DNA of 64,000 nucleotides from Naegleria gruberi (Eukaryota): NCBI GenBank assembly GCA_000004985.1, contig GG738888.1; one strand, 5' to 3'. Shown piece by piece: positions 23,340 to 35,779 of this stretch (position 1 is its first letter; each line of letters starts with the position of its first letter). The notes under the pieces were generated by a model. It saw only the letters and a program-made list of their open reading frames with translations, ran no database searches and was not told where the DNA came from. The position numbers and the translations under genes were made by a program.

Positions 23340-24698
23340 TTATCTAATCCACAACCATCCCATCATGACACCATTAATAGGCATTGGGAGTGGGTTGTAA
23401 TAACGGTAGTAATAAAAACCACTACCCTTACCATGAGGTTTTCCATCATAGGAACCACACATTGTCAGACAGTCAATACCTATACCAATCCTACCATCTA
23501 CAGTATCAGAAGTATCACCATCAGAAGAAAAACCAACTCTGATCTTGGATCCAAAGGAATCTTCACCTAGAGCATTGATATAACCAAATCTGTACCAATA
23601 GGCTGCCTTGTAATCGTAAGGAAGAGATCTCCATATACCAAGTGGCTTCTTATTAATTGGTTGAGTACCACAATTTGTTTGAGGTTCACATGTTGAAGTA
23701 GACATGTTGGTGGCATAGGATTTCATCATTCCATTGTTGGCAATCAAATTTCTGGCAGTATCGTACGAATGACTCCAAGAATTGTAATTTTCTAATGAAT
23801 TCATAGCAAGTCTAGATTCTCTTCCTGCTAATTTATAAAAGAGAGGTGAGATGTAATCTTCATTGGCTGTAATATTTGTGAATGGTAATTTTTGTGTTCC
23901 TAAAAAGGATAAATCATTTGCAGTCCACATTGCATGGTCATACACGAAAGGAGAAGAAGTACTGGTTTTCATAATAAGAGTCCAACCACCTCCCATACTT
24001 TCCATATCACAATAAGCAGTGTAAATTGTTGGTCCAACATTGATTTGATATAATCCACTTCCTTCTCCATTGTAAGCATATGGCAGAGTTGGATATCTGT
24101 ATCCATAACATGATGTTGCTGTTGTTCCATCAGCAAAGGTTCTTCCCAAAATTGGATCATTAATTGTTGACATGTTTGAACAACTTGAGCCACTAAACGA
24201 TGTGAAACATAGACAATTATTGGATGAAATGCAAGTTCCATGTCCAGAGCAAACGGTTGGTGAATTGGCTGGAACACCATAGCATTCTACAGGAATATCA
24301 CAATTTTCTCCTAAATATGTTGAACATTGAGCAGAGAGAATACTAATTTCTGATGAGAGCATCGACCGAGCAGACTCCTTCACTCGTAATTGATGTTCTC
24401 TTTGAGCAATTTGCTCCAATAGCTTTGTATCATTTGCTTGCTTGAGAAATTCTATACCCTTTGAAATTTTAGCAATCGAGCATGAAAGAATATCTTCTTC
24501 CTTTTGTTTGTCCTTAATATATCCCCTTAATCCGCATCCCTCACTCTCAGTATTTGTACATTTAGTTGTTGTTGGTGATGAGTGTACCACATTCCCTCCC
24601 AAGAGACATGTCGCTAATATTACCAGAGAAAGAAGAAGCAGCGCAACTGCTTTTCTTCTTGAAATGATTGTCTTCTTCCTAGATGCTGGACAAAACAT
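23340..24698 (-). CDS. Secreted/membrane protein with coiled-coil, tenascin-type EGF motif and C-terminal fibrinogen-related domain (FReD)
   Basis: ATG at 24698, then a hydrophobic signal/anchor (AVALLLLSLVILATCLLG). EGF-like CSGHGTCISSNNCLCFTSFSGSSC. FReD hallmarks are present: YCDMESMGGGWTLIMK (the fibrinogen C-terminal GGGWT motif), aromatic-rich spacing, and the late CLTMCGSYDGK...GSGFYYYRYY segment. Confidence 0.75.
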   Translation of the reverse strand: MFCPASRKKTIISRRKAVALLLLSLVILATCLLGGNVVHSSPTTTKCTNTESEGCGLRGYIKDKQKEEDILSCSIAKISKGIEFLKQANDTKLLEQIAQREHQLRVKESARSMLSSEISILSAQCSTYLGENCDIPVECYGVPANSPTVCSGHGTCISSNNCLCFTSFSGSSCSNMSTINDPILGRTFADGTTATSCYGYRYPTLPYAYNGEGSGLYQINVGPTIYTAYCDMESMGGGWTLIMKTSTSSPFVYDHAMWTANDLSFLGTQKLPFTNITANEDYISPLFYKLAGRESRLAMNSLENYNSWSHSYDTARNLIANNGMMKSYATNMSTSTCEPQTNCGTQPINKKPLGIWRSLPYDYKAAYWYRFGYINALGEDSFGSKIRVGFSSDGDTSDTVDGRIGIGIDCLTMCGSYDGKPHGKGSGFYYYRYYNPLPMPINGVMMGWLWIR

Positions 24699-24913
24699 TT
24701 CAAACAGGTGCTTGTTTCTTTTGGTATTTTTTTACGTTTTTGAAAAGCTCCTTTACGCCTTAGTGTAATCTATTAAATTTTTCCCAGATAATTTTCCTAT
24801 GATCGTTTTGGAAAACAGTAGAAATTTGTTTACGGCCGAACGTTCAATCTCCCAATGGAACGACTCAATAGAAATAGTCCTAATGGTTATTATTTCAAAT
24901 AAACTTAGAATAT

Positions 24914-25519
24914 TTATTTGAAAATAATAAATTTTCCTTTAGGATTTGATTTTCTAAATTCAATTTCTTCAAACTTGTTGTATGAAAATCTCACTCGATA
25001 GTTTGGTTTATCCTTTTTTTGTTTCCTTTTCTTTGAAATCTTATTCTTAAATAATGAGCTTTCTGGTTGATGAAAAGGGACGCAAAATGGAGCGTTTTCA
25101 ATACGCGAAACTGGTTTCATATTGAGATCTATTTCTTCTTGTTGATTATTAGATATTATGATGTTGTTACAGACACTAGGGGAGCATTCATTAGAGGTTT
25201 GAGATGAAGGATTGGTTTGGAATAGAAATTCGTTTGGATTTGAATGGCAAGACAATTTGCTCCACACCAAGCCCAATGTAGATGGTACATTCCTCAATTC
25301 GAGGTCAATTAATTTGTCAATGTAATTTTCATCGAGAGTAATTCTTGTTGTTATTTGTGTTTCTATTATTACAGAACTTGAACTACTTGAATTACTTGTA
25401 CATGTGGATAATTCTGGCTCTTGGAGAAGGTTCATGCACTCACATGCTTTTATCCAAGAATACATGCCCAAAGCTGTATTGTTGTTAAATGGATAAACAT
25501 GTTCCTGGTTTGTTATCAT
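24914..25519 (-). CDS. Hypothetical protein (201 aa), Ser/Asn-rich, basic C-terminus
   Basis: ATG-initiated ORF with local codon usage. No recognisable domain. Confidence 0.35.
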   Translation of the reverse strand: MITNQEHVYPFNNNTALGMYSWIKACECMNLLQEPELSTCTSNSSSSSSVIIETQITTRITLDENYIDKLIDLELRNVPSTLGLVWSKLSCHSNPNEFLFQTNPSSQTSNECSPSVCNNIIISNNQQEEIDLNMKPVSRIENAPFCVPFHQPESSLFKNKISKKRKQKKDKPNYRVRFSYNKFEEIEFRKSNPKGKFIIFK

Positions 25520-26725
25520 GTTGGTAGTTGACTTTAGGTTGTTTTTTTGATAGGTGTTAAGGAATTCCTTTGACCATTGTGGAGTATCGGTTTAGGTATG
25601 TGTGAACCTGGCAAAAATGGTCACTAAGAACGCGACATGGTTTTTAACATGATGTACAATAACTGAAATTGGTGTGCAAACTTGTTTCAGTCAAACCACA
25701 CTCACTATCTCAACTCATAGATACTAATTGATCACTTTTCATAAAGGAACATATCTCCAACTACTAATAAATGTGGTTGTTTTACAATTATTGAAATAGC
25801 GATTCTTTCATGTTGTTGAGTATCCAAAGTTTCCGAATTGACTCTTCCAAACGGATACAAATATTAAACTATGGAACAAGTTGCTATTCCAATACTGATT
25901 ACTATGATAAACCATTATGATAACGGAGAATGGAATTAAACTAATGGCATTGATTGATTGCATGTACAACAATGGATAAACAGCTCTTGCATACACATCC
26001 AAAATATAATGTGCATCTATATCTGACATGGTCTTCAAGCTGGGTGTACACTAAATAATTATTTTCAAAGAAAATTATTTACGTTGTAGATGATAACATG
26101 ATAATTTGGACAATGTCCAAACTTTCCTTCTAGTTACCACGGGGTACACAACATGATGAAAAACAGTTCAGCGCCATTTTTTCAAAACAAAATAATAAAA
26201 ATCTTCATCACAACAGTGCTTTGTTATTACTTGGCCAAATGTTTGTTGCTTGTGGAGGACACGGAATCTTCAACCTTTCCGAATTGAAATATATTAAATT
26301 TAAAAAGGCATTGAAATGATAACTAATTGTGAATGAAAGAATTGAAAAGGAAAGAACTCAACCAATCATATTAATATTTTCAATGTACTGATGAAGAGTG
26401 TAAAACAGGTCTCGATGCTTCATTATTGTTATGACTTTATGAATGGATCATTGGTCGTTTAAGGAAATGTACCACTGAATGATATAATACAATCCAAGGA
26501 TGGTCAAACGCAAACAAAGATCAAACACAAACAAAATATGATAGGAATGAAATGTTGGGTTGCAACAGCAGCGAATCAAACAATTCAAGGGTTTACATTG
26601 TACAATAATCGTACGATATATCACCCACTACAGTGCTCTAATTAGGTAATACGATGAGGAAATTACCAGTAGGTATGCTTCAATATTAAGCAAATCATCT
26701 TTAAAAAAATTAAGAACAATTAACA

Positions 26726-29700
26726 ATGATTAAGGCTAGAAGTAACTCTTCCCTCATTGTTGGTTTGGTGTTGATGTGCATGATTGCATTCTTGAGCGTT
26801 TATGCAAATGCTCGTAGAGGTGGTGGTGGAGGTGGAGGAGGAGGAGGAGGTGGTGGTGGTAGATCAGCACCAGCTGCTGCTCCAGTTTACAGAGCACCTA
26901 CACCAGTTTACACACCAGTGTATAGAGCTCCGCAACCAGTTTATAGAGCTCCACAACCAGTGTACAGAGCTCCACAACCAGTATATAGAGCTCCAACTCC
27001 AGTTTATAGAGCTCCACAACATGTTTCAAGACCTACATCAGTTTATAGACCAGCTTCACAACCAGTTTCAAGACCTGTTACTAGATCTGCTTCTAAACCA
27101 GCTGCTGCCAACAAATTTGTTGCTACAAGGACATTAACTATTGGAAAGATGGCAGTTCACCACCACCACAAGCATGGTAAGCATCACCATCATCACCACC
27201 ACAAGCATGGAAAACATCATGATGGAAAGGATGGTAAGCATCACCATCACAAGCATGGTAAGCATCATCACCATCATCACCACCACCACAAGCATGGTCA
27301 TGGAAAGGATGGTAAGCATCATCACCACCATCATCACCATAAACATGGCCATGGTGGATCTTCTGGCTCAACATCTGCTGGTTCCTCTCCTGTAATGGCA
27401 ACTTTTGGTAGTGCATCCTCCAGGGGTATCTCACCAGTCAGATCAGTCTCAGTTTCAAATAAGAACGAACGTATTAGTGCTCCAGTTAAATCATATAGAA
27501 GTGCTATTAAGTCTACTACAGAAAAGAGTACCAATGGTTCTAAATCATCTGTGTCAGTAAAGAGCCTCTCTGCAGGCAAAGGAAAGGAAAAAGCTCCAAC
27601 TAAAAAGAATAACTCTCCTTCAGTTCGTAAGCAAAATAACAAATCTTCAACTAGTAAGAAAGATACTAAGGGAGATTCAAAAAAGCCAACTACTCAAAAG
27701 GATACTAAGAAGAATATTAAGAAAGATAACAAGAAAGATAACAAGAAAGATACCAAGAAAGATGCTAAGAAGGATGCCAAGAAGGGTACTAAGAAAGATA
27801 ACAAGAAGGTCAAAGATTCAAAGCCAAAGAAAACCACCGAAAGTGATGCGGATGATTTTTCTTACGGAACTGATGAAAGCTCCTCTCAACCACAATACAT
27901 CCCAGTTGAAAGTGCTCCAGTTGTAAGTGGTGACGAATACGTTGCACAAGTTGCTTCTATTCCTCAAAGAACTTTAGAAATTGAAGAAACTCCTGTAGTT
28001 TTTAGCAACCATGCCTTGCAAGTTAAACAATTTGATACTCCTACAGATGAAGAAGCTCTAGTTCAAAAGAAATCAAATAAGATTGACTCTGATGACGAAG
28101 AAGTTCCAGTTCAAAAGAAATCTAAGATTGAATATGATGAAGAAGTTCCAGTAAAGAAGTCAAAGAACATTGATTATGAGGAAGAAAATCCAGTAAAGAA
28201 ATCTAAGATTAAATCTTATGATGAAGAAGCTCCAGTTCAAAAGAAATCTAAGATTGAATATGATGAAGAAGTTCCAGTAAAGAAGTCAAAGAAAATTGAA
28301 TCTGATGAAGAAGTTCCAGTTCAAAAGAAATCAAAGAAGATTGAATATGATGAAGAAACTCCAGTAAAGAAATCAAAGAAAATTGATTATGATGAAGAAA
28401 CTACAAGAAAGAAATCTAAGAAGATTGAATATGATGATGAAGAAGTTCCAGTAAAGAAGTCAAAGAAAATTGAGTATGATGAGGAAGAAAATCCAGTAAA
28501 GAAATCTAAGATTAAATCTTATGATGAAGAAGCTCCAGTTCAAAAGAAATCTAAGATTGAATATGATGAAGAAGTTCCAGTAAAGAAATCAAAGAAAATT
28601 GATTATGATGAAGAAACTACAAGAAAGAAATCAAAGAAGATTGAATATGATGATGAAGAAGTTCCAGTTCAAAAGAAATCAAAGAAGATTGAATCTGATG
28701 AAGAAGTAATTCCAAGAAAGAAATCAAAGAAGACTGAATACGATGAAGAAGAAAATCCAGTTTCTTCTATTCCTCAAAGAAAGAGATCAAAGAAGACTGA
28801 ATCCGATGAAGAAGCTCCAGTTCAAAATAAATCCAACAAGTCAAAGAAGATTGAATCTGATGAAGAAGAAGCTCCAGTTCAAAAGAAATCAAAGAAGATT
28901 GAATATGATGAAGAAACTCTAGTAAAGAAATCAAACAAGACTGAAACTGATGAAGAAACTCCAAGAATGCAATTTAGTGAAGAAACAATGTCAATCAAGA
29001 AGCAATCAGTCAATACTCCAGAAATTCAAGTAGAAGAGGAAGAAGAATCTGAACAAGTTTCAGCCAAGTCAAATAATTCAAAGAAATCTGGAAAGAAACA
29101 TGTTGCCAAGAAACAACCTGTGGAAGATTTAGAAATTGCTCCAAAACAAAGTGCTTCAAAGAAATCAGGAAAGAAGTATGGGAAGAAATCTGCTAAGAAG
29201 TATGGAAAGAAATTAAAGAAATATGGAAAGACATCTGAAAAGAAATTAAAGAAATCAAAGAAATCTGGAAAGAAGCATGGAAAAAAGAAATCTGGAAACA
29301 AGTTTGGAAAGAAATCAAAGAAATCTGGAAAGAAATCAAAGAAGTCAGGAAAGAAATCAAAGTCTAAGAAGTATGGAAAGAAGCATGGAAAGAAATCTAG
29401 AAAGAATAAGAAGTATGGAAAGAAATCAAAGCCAAAGAAGAAGTATGGAAAGAAATCAAAGAAGTCAGGAAAGAAATCAAAAAGAAATCTGGAAAGAAAT
29501 CAAAGAAATCAGAAAAGAAATCAAAGAAGTCAGGAAATAGTAAGAAGTATGGAAAGAAATCTGAAAAGAAATCTGAAAAGAAATCAAAGAAATCTGGAAA
29601 GAAATCTGGAAAGAAATCAAAGAAATCAGGAAAGAAATCAAACAAGAAATCTGGAAAGAGGGTAATTAAAAGGATTCCTATCAAGTCAAACAATTCTGGA

Positions 29701-30087
29701 AAATATACACCTCAACCAGTTGGATTGCCTTATTCAAGATGGTATAAACAAAGAATCAATAGACTTGCTCCTCAATCAGTTACTCAATTCCAACCTATCA
29801 TCCAACCAATGGCCCAACCAATTGTCGCAATGACCACTTCACCAGTTGTGATCAAGCCACAAATTACTCCACAACCAACTATTGTTAACACTCCAACAGC
29901 TTCAGTAGCTCAAAGACCACAATCAGCAAATGGAGCAATGAATATTCAAAACATTGATATCAATATCGCAACCAATCCACAAGCTCCATCTATCGCCAAA
30001 CCAACTCCAAACATTGAATTGATTAGAAGACTTTTGGCTCAAAGAAGACAACAAGCTCAACAAAATCTTATTCCAATACAAAATTGA
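26726..30087 (+). CDS. Secreted ultra-repetitive low-complexity protein (Gly run, PVYRAPQ repeats, His-rich KHGKHHHH block, (KKDxKKD)n, ~20 x 15-16-aa EYDEEVPVKKSKKI repeats, (KKSGKKSKK)n tail, P/Q-rich C-terminus); reading frame interrupted by a +2 frameshift at 29479-29483
   Basis: ATG at 26726, then signal peptide MIKARSNSSLIVGLVLMCMIAFLSVYANA. Coding repeats have period ~45-48 nt from 28050 to 28960. At the A-run aaatcaaaaagaaatct (29479-29483) the frame shifts by 2 nt: the track ORF continues as RNLERNQ to 29665. The original KKSGKK frame instead stays open through VIKRIPIKSNNSGKYTPQPV... to a TAA at 30087, which is track ORF 29725..30087. This is either a homopolymer sequencing error or a genuine frameshift. 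Confidence 0.55.
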
Positions 30088-30195
30088 ATGTGGTAACTTT
30101 TTATCTAATTTCTATATCTTTCATGTGTTGTTATCAGCAATGTTACTTGGAATGATTGTTGTTTCTTTTTCTCACTTTTTCTCGCTCTCCAATAC

Positions 30196-31410
30196 TTAAA
30201 TTATTTTAGACCTATCTTCATCCACCGTTAATATCACTGTATCAAATAGAGGGGACGATTTCGTAAATAACGCTTTCTTGAATGGAGTTTCCAATCTAGT
30301 GATGGCATCAGCATCTCCTTCTTTGGCACCTCTCAAATATAATACGTAAGCCTTATTGATATCCTTTTCACAACCCCATCCATTCTCATACATCCTTCCA
30401 AGCAGAAAATGTGCAAATTCACAATATCCACTATCTGATGATCTTTTAAAATGGTCAAATGCCTTATTGTAATCTTGTTCCACACCATTTCCATTACAAA
30501 GCATTTCTCCATAGGTTGCAATACTATCGAAATTACCTTGTTCCATCGCTTCTTTGATCCACTTGAGAGCTGTTTGGAAATTTTGTTGAACTCCTTGACC
30601 TTTCAAATACATGTCTGCAATATTATTTTTTGCCAAGGCATCTCCCATCTCTGCAGCATCCAAATAATATTCCATTGCCTCTGAATAATCCAATTTAACA
30701 CCCTCACCACTGTGGAAAGCATAACCAACTCTGAAAATTCCATCAATACATCCCAAGTCAGCAGAATTTTCAAAATATTCGAATGCTTTCTTCAAATCTC
30801 GTTTTAATCCAAAGCCATGTCTATACATTAATCCAATTTTTTCCATTGATTGAGCATCACCTAATGCATTTCCTTTCCAAAACCAACTCAATGCATTTGA
30901 ATAATCATCACCCATGTAATAAACATTTCCACATCTATAAATTGCATCCACAGATCCATTATCAGCTGCTTTTTTATACCAATATAATGCCATCTCTTGA
31001 TTTTCTTCAACTCCTCTTCCACTTTCATAAAACCACCCAAGAAGTATCTGAGAATCCAATTCTTCACCTTCGGCAGCTTTTTTGAGCCAATAAAAAGCTT
31101 TTTCCACATTCTCTTCCACTCCATTACCATCATCATACATCCTTCCAACAATTGATTGAAATTCAGGACATCCTTTCTCAGCTCCTTTAAGTCTCCATTC
31201 AAATTCCTTCTGTTTATTATTTTCGGATTCATATCTATCACCAATTACTGCTATTAATTCAATTACAAGTTCGGGTTGTAAGTTCGGATCATTCTCACTC
31301 TTTTCGAATAGAGTAATTAAATCCTCGAGATTCAATTCGTTTAAATCCGTTTCCATTGCATTGAGTGAGAGTGCTTCGCTCATGGGATCATCATCGTGAT
31401 GTTGTTCCAT
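30196..31410 (-). CDS. Sel1-like (TPR-like) repeat protein
   Basis: The track ORF starts at GTG. The first ATG (31410) gives MEQHHDDDPMSEALS.... Six to seven Sel1 repeats are visible (e.g. GNGVEENVEKAFYWLKKAAEGE, GRGVEENQEMALYWYKKAADNG, GEGVKLDYSEAMEYYLDAAEMG). Confidence 0.75.
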   Translation of the reverse strand: MEQHHDDDPMSEALSLNAMETDLNELNLEDLITLFEKSENDPNLQPELVIELIAVIGDRYESENNKQKEFEWRLKGAEKGCPEFQSIVGRMYDDGNGVEENVEKAFYWLKKAAEGEELDSQILLGWFYESGRGVEENQEMALYWYKKAADNGSVDAIYRCGNVYYMGDDYSNALSWFWKGNALGDAQSMEKIGLMYRHGFGLKRDLKKAFEYFENSADLGCIDGIFRVGYAFHSGEGVKLDYSEAMEYYLDAAEMGDALAKNNIADMYLKGQGVQQNFQTALKWIKEAMEQGNFDSIATYGEMLCNGNGVEQDYNKAFDHFKRSSDSGYCEFAHFLLGRMYENGWGCEKDINKAYVLYLRGAKEGDADAITRLETPFKKALFTKSSPLFDTVILTVDEDRSKII

Positions 31411-31787
31411 TTTTTTTAATAAATACACTATTATTTACTATCGGATGGAAAATAATCTATTTTATATATTAAATGTAAAATTAATTCAACCACCATGATC
31501 GATCGTATTTATATCTCGGAAATAAGCTATATTCAACAATTCTCTTTTTTGCTGATTGTGATGATGATCAATAGAAGTTTGAGAGGATGGCATGCTGGAC
31601 AGACTCCTAATTCTTGAAGAAGGTTGATAATTTTTATTAATAAGGCACCTTACACAAATTCCTCGTGTGTTCATCATGGCATCGCTAGGAAAATAAGATT
31701 TGACTCTTCACACCAACAATGCAAATTCGCACCAGCAATTTACACATTAGCCAAATAGGGCTGTAATGAAGCTGTAACCCAAAAAAA

Positions 31788-34700
31788 ATGGCTTCAACCT
31801 CATCGGCGGCAACAATTCTTATTCTTATAATGATGCATCTTTTAGTATCATCACATCAGCGTGAAATTGCGTCACTCTCATGTAAGTTTTTCTTGTCTTT
31901 TGGTTGTTGATTTAATTCCTATTAAGGCAATGGATACTTGAGGTTATTAAAAGGATCTGTCTTTGAGAGTAATATAGACCTTGGGATTGTATATTCTTCA
32001 GTCAATTATGGTATTGAACAAGTTAAAAGCCGAGTTAAACAATGTAAATGTCCAAATATTTCGGAGCGAAATTTCCAAAGGCAATACCTAGGAGGACTTG
32101 AAGGATTGGTTTATAATTTAATGAATGATCATCCTACACTTGATAATACCTGTCCAAAACAATCGAGCTGGATAAAGATTAGCTCCCATTTGAAATCAAT
32201 ATCTTCATGTAATTTGGCTGATGTTTCTAATGGAAGTCCTTGTTTATTTGCATTAGGAATAGGCAGTATTCAAATTCAAGCTGCTTTTGCTGCATGTCCT
32301 GCTGAAACAGATGCTAACCGTGTTGGATTTGGAATTGCCAAACGTATTCCATATTTTTCACTCCACTGTAAAGGAAATGACTGTGACTTGATAGGGTATC
32401 CTTGTCAACGAGATTCTGATTGTGGTGGAAACGGTTTAACTTGTTGGGACCTTGCCAATCGAGAATATACAAGATATGATTCTTGGAATAGAGTATTTGT
32501 GATGACAGGTCTTTATAATCAATTCGAAACTTGTAAATCTCCAGAGCAATTGGTTGAAAGTTTGATGAAAACAGTTATGGTTAATCATTGGGGACAAACA
32601 AGTTCAAAGAAATATTCCTCAATTAAGGTTTGCGGTCCTAAAATTGAACCGATTATAAGTCTTGGATCTAGCTCAATTAGTGCTTCATGTTCCAATACCA
32701 GATCTTTCACTCCTTCTGAAACTATTGCAAACCTAACCCAATTATCTCAACAAGCTGAATCTAATAATCCAAAGAAAATTACAACAGTAACACCATTGAG
32801 TGAAGAAATTACCAACAATGCAAGATCAGCTCCATTAACTTATTATTGTAATGGCATTTTGTCAAACTCTCCAAATGTGTGTTCAGGGCGTGGTCGTTGT
32901 TTTCTTGATTATGGTGAAATTGGTTACTGCTCTTGCAATGAAGGTTTTACTGGTGCTTCGTGTTCAAAAGAAGTTATATGTAATGGATACAAATCTACTG
33001 ATCGAAACGTTTGCAGTGGTCATGGTTTATGTACTATTGTGAATGGAGGAGCAGTTTGTGTTTGTAAAGCAAGTTACAGTGGCTCTAATTGTGAAACCAG
33101 TTGTCCAAATTGTCAACATGGGTATTGTGCTGTTGATAATGATGGTGTAGGGTGGTGCCAATGTTACTATGGATATTATGGAGCACTGTGTGATAGCCAT
33201 TCTACTTGTAATGGTGTTCCCGCATTTAACTACACAGTTTGTTCAGGGCATGGTGATTGTATGGGAAGTGGTGAATGCAGTTGTAATATTTGGCACAAAG
33301 ATGAAGCTTACTATGGTTCTAATTGTGAATTCACCTATAACTGCACAATGTGTAAAAATGGTTGGTGCAGGGTTGCTAGTGACGGTAAAGGCTTTTGCTA
33401 CTGCAGTTATGGATTTTCTGGACCAGTTTGTGATGAACCTCACACTTGTTATGGAATTGCACATAACAATGCATCTGTTTGTTCTGGACATGGTGATTGT
33501 TTTAGCTATTACCTCGAAGAATCTATTATTACTTTCTGTAGTTGTGAATCTGGTTATGTTGGTGAGTCATGTTCTATTCCAGTTGTTTGTGGTGCTTACA
33601 ATAGTACCGATTCAAGAGTATGCAGTGGACATGGAAAATGTAAATCAGTTTCCAGAACAGATACTCATGGTTATTGTGATTGTGATGAAGGTTTCAATGG
33701 TATTAATTGCGAAAATACAATCACATGCCCAAAATGTCAACATGGAAAATGCACTTCTTTTGGTGTAAACGGTACGTGTTTATGTGATGTTGAATTCACA
33801 GGAGAGTTATGTGATAAACCAGTTACTTGTAATGGTTACCCAGCTTTTAACTACCTTGCATGTGGGGGCCGTGGTGCTTGTATAGCAAGCACATCCAATA
33901 TGGAAGATGCAACAATCAGTTCTACAGAAGGTGTTTGCAAATGCTATAGTGGTAATATTGGGGCAGATTGTAAAATTTCCACTCGTGGTGATTGCACCTA
34001 TTCCATTTCAACAATTTCATCTTGGAATGGTATTTTAAGTGATGGTTCAAGTGCTATTGAAAATGCAAAGAAGACTGCTTCACTTTCGCTTCCAACTGAC
34101 CCATTATTCTCAAATATTGATTCTAGCAAGTATTCTCTGCTTATGAAATATGATTGTAATGGAGTTTTTCAATTAGGTCCCTTAATGACAGTTCACACAC
34201 CAAATATCAATGCAGGTTTAGCAACACTGGAAAGCGTAGTGAACTCGTTGTTTTCATGTAGCTCTGGATGGGGTGATGATTTGAGAAGAGTATTGATCCA
34301 ACCTTACAATGTCAAAGCATGGATGGCACTTTTCACACAAAATTCAAATTCATTCTCAGCTGATTCTTGGACTATTTCTCCAATGCAAATATTACTTAAA
34401 ATTGTACCAACTTCTTTGAACATGAAAATACCATCAACTTGTACATATGATAATTATGAAGCTAAAGGTTGTGGAGTTACATATACCAATTTGAATTCAT
34501 TATTTGATGGACAAGTCAATATCCATTTCCATACTTCAAGATGTACTGCAAATCCAGAAAGTTTACCAAACTTTTATGTTTTCTGTGAAGGAAGTATGTG
34601 CAAACAATTACTAAATATCCAAACATGTAATTCTGATAGTGATTGTGGAGATGGCATTAAATGTGTCAATCCATTACATGATTTGAAGGTCAATCAGTTT

Positions 34701-35726
34701 GATCGTATATTGAGATACAATGATAACACTAGTTGTGTTAATGATAATATTTCTAATTTCTATTCTCAAATTGGTGATGCAATGGATTATTCTACGGGAA
34801 GAACAAAGAAATCATCAAACGATTTCAAGATTTGTCTTCCATCATTTAGTACAGTTCATGATGTTTGGCCTAATTGGCTTGAATCCTCTTATTCAATTTC
34901 TTCTGGAACAATTTCAATGACTGGATTGATTGATTATGCTGGTCCTTCTCCCTCAATCACTGTAAATCCACCAACTAATTTGAAGGTTTCAGATATTACT
35001 TCGTCAGGAGCAACATTCTCATGGACTGCTTCAACTACTAGGTCATCAAACCCATTGACTTATACTTTGACTGTTATGAATGCATTTGGTGCTCAAGTTG
35101 TTTCTAAATCCTTAATTTCTGAAACTGTGTACACTATTTCAAATGATTTGACACCACTATCCAGCTATACTGCATTTGTAACAGCCAACATTAATTCAGC
35201 AAAATCAGTTGCTACTTCTGTCGATTTTACTTCAATAGCTGGTTCTTCTGGAGGTAATACACTGCCCGGTGGTGTTGGTGCAATGACAGTTCTTGTAAAG
35301 ATTTCTAATCCAATTCCAAAAGGTGGTTCGATTACCCTCTCTTTACCAGATGGTTATGTTATTTCTAATGTTGATGAGAGGAGAAGATCCATTTTAGCAT
35401 CTACTATTTCTGTTACTGATATCAATGGTGCTGAAATTGCAATTTCCAATGTTCAAGTTAATGACAATACAATTTCTGGAACTGTTGCTTCTGAAGTTGT
35501 TGTTGGCAAACTTTCTATTAGTTTAGGACAAGTCAAGAATCCAGATACAGTTACAACTGTTGCTGCTATTGGAAGTATCTCAACTACTGATGCATTAGGA
35601 AAATCAATTGAAAAAGTTTCAATTTCATTACCACCAGTTAATTACGAACAACTTTCTGGATCATTGATGGTTAGATATTCATTGATACTAGTATTGTCAA
35701 TTTTGGCTGCTTTCTTAATGTTATAA
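31788..35726 (+). CDS. Large secreted, probably GPI-anchored or C-terminally membrane-bound, protein with >10 tenascin-type EGF repeats (CSGHGxC) and fibronectin-III-like C-terminal region; 2 exons (31788..31881, 31927..35726)
   Basis: The track ORF starts at a TTG. An upstream ATG exon encodes the signal peptide MASTSSAATILILIMMHLLVSSHQREIASLS. A GTAAGT donor at 31882 and acceptor ag at 31925-31926 (phase 1, 45-nt intron) restore the frame. Repeated CSGHGxC...C.C..G..G..C units follow. The hydrophobic C-terminus SLMVRYSLILVLSILAAFLML looks like a GPI signal or TM. Total 3894 nt = 1298 codons. Confidence 0.8.
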
Positions 35727-35779
35727 ACTTGTTAAACCACCTCCGAGCAATAAATAATCTTCATAATAATATGATGAAA

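Noticed and set aside
25808-26038. 76-aa minus-strand ORF (hydrophobic, first real ATG gives 73 aa)
   Set aside because: Possible small membrane protein, but it is short, has no motif and starts at TTG. Evidence is insufficient.
27134-27642. ORFs on both strands overlapping the His-rich block (e.g. MAMFMVMMVVMM..., MRYPWRMHYQ...)
   Set aside because: Alternative or antisense frames of the (CAT/CAC)n-rich His-coding repeat.
28767-29693. ORFs 28767-28964(-), 29026-29301(-), 29277-29540(+), 29397-29693(-) in the tandem Lys-rich repeats
   Set aside because: Off-frame translations of the 45-48-nt coding repeats. They were also considered as a CRISPR-like array and rejected, because the units are in-frame protein repeats in a eukaryotic gene.
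31938-31940. TTG start of the EGF-protein track ORF
   Set aside because: Not a eukaryotic initiator. It is replaced by the upstream ATG exon (31788-31881) that encodes the signal peptide.
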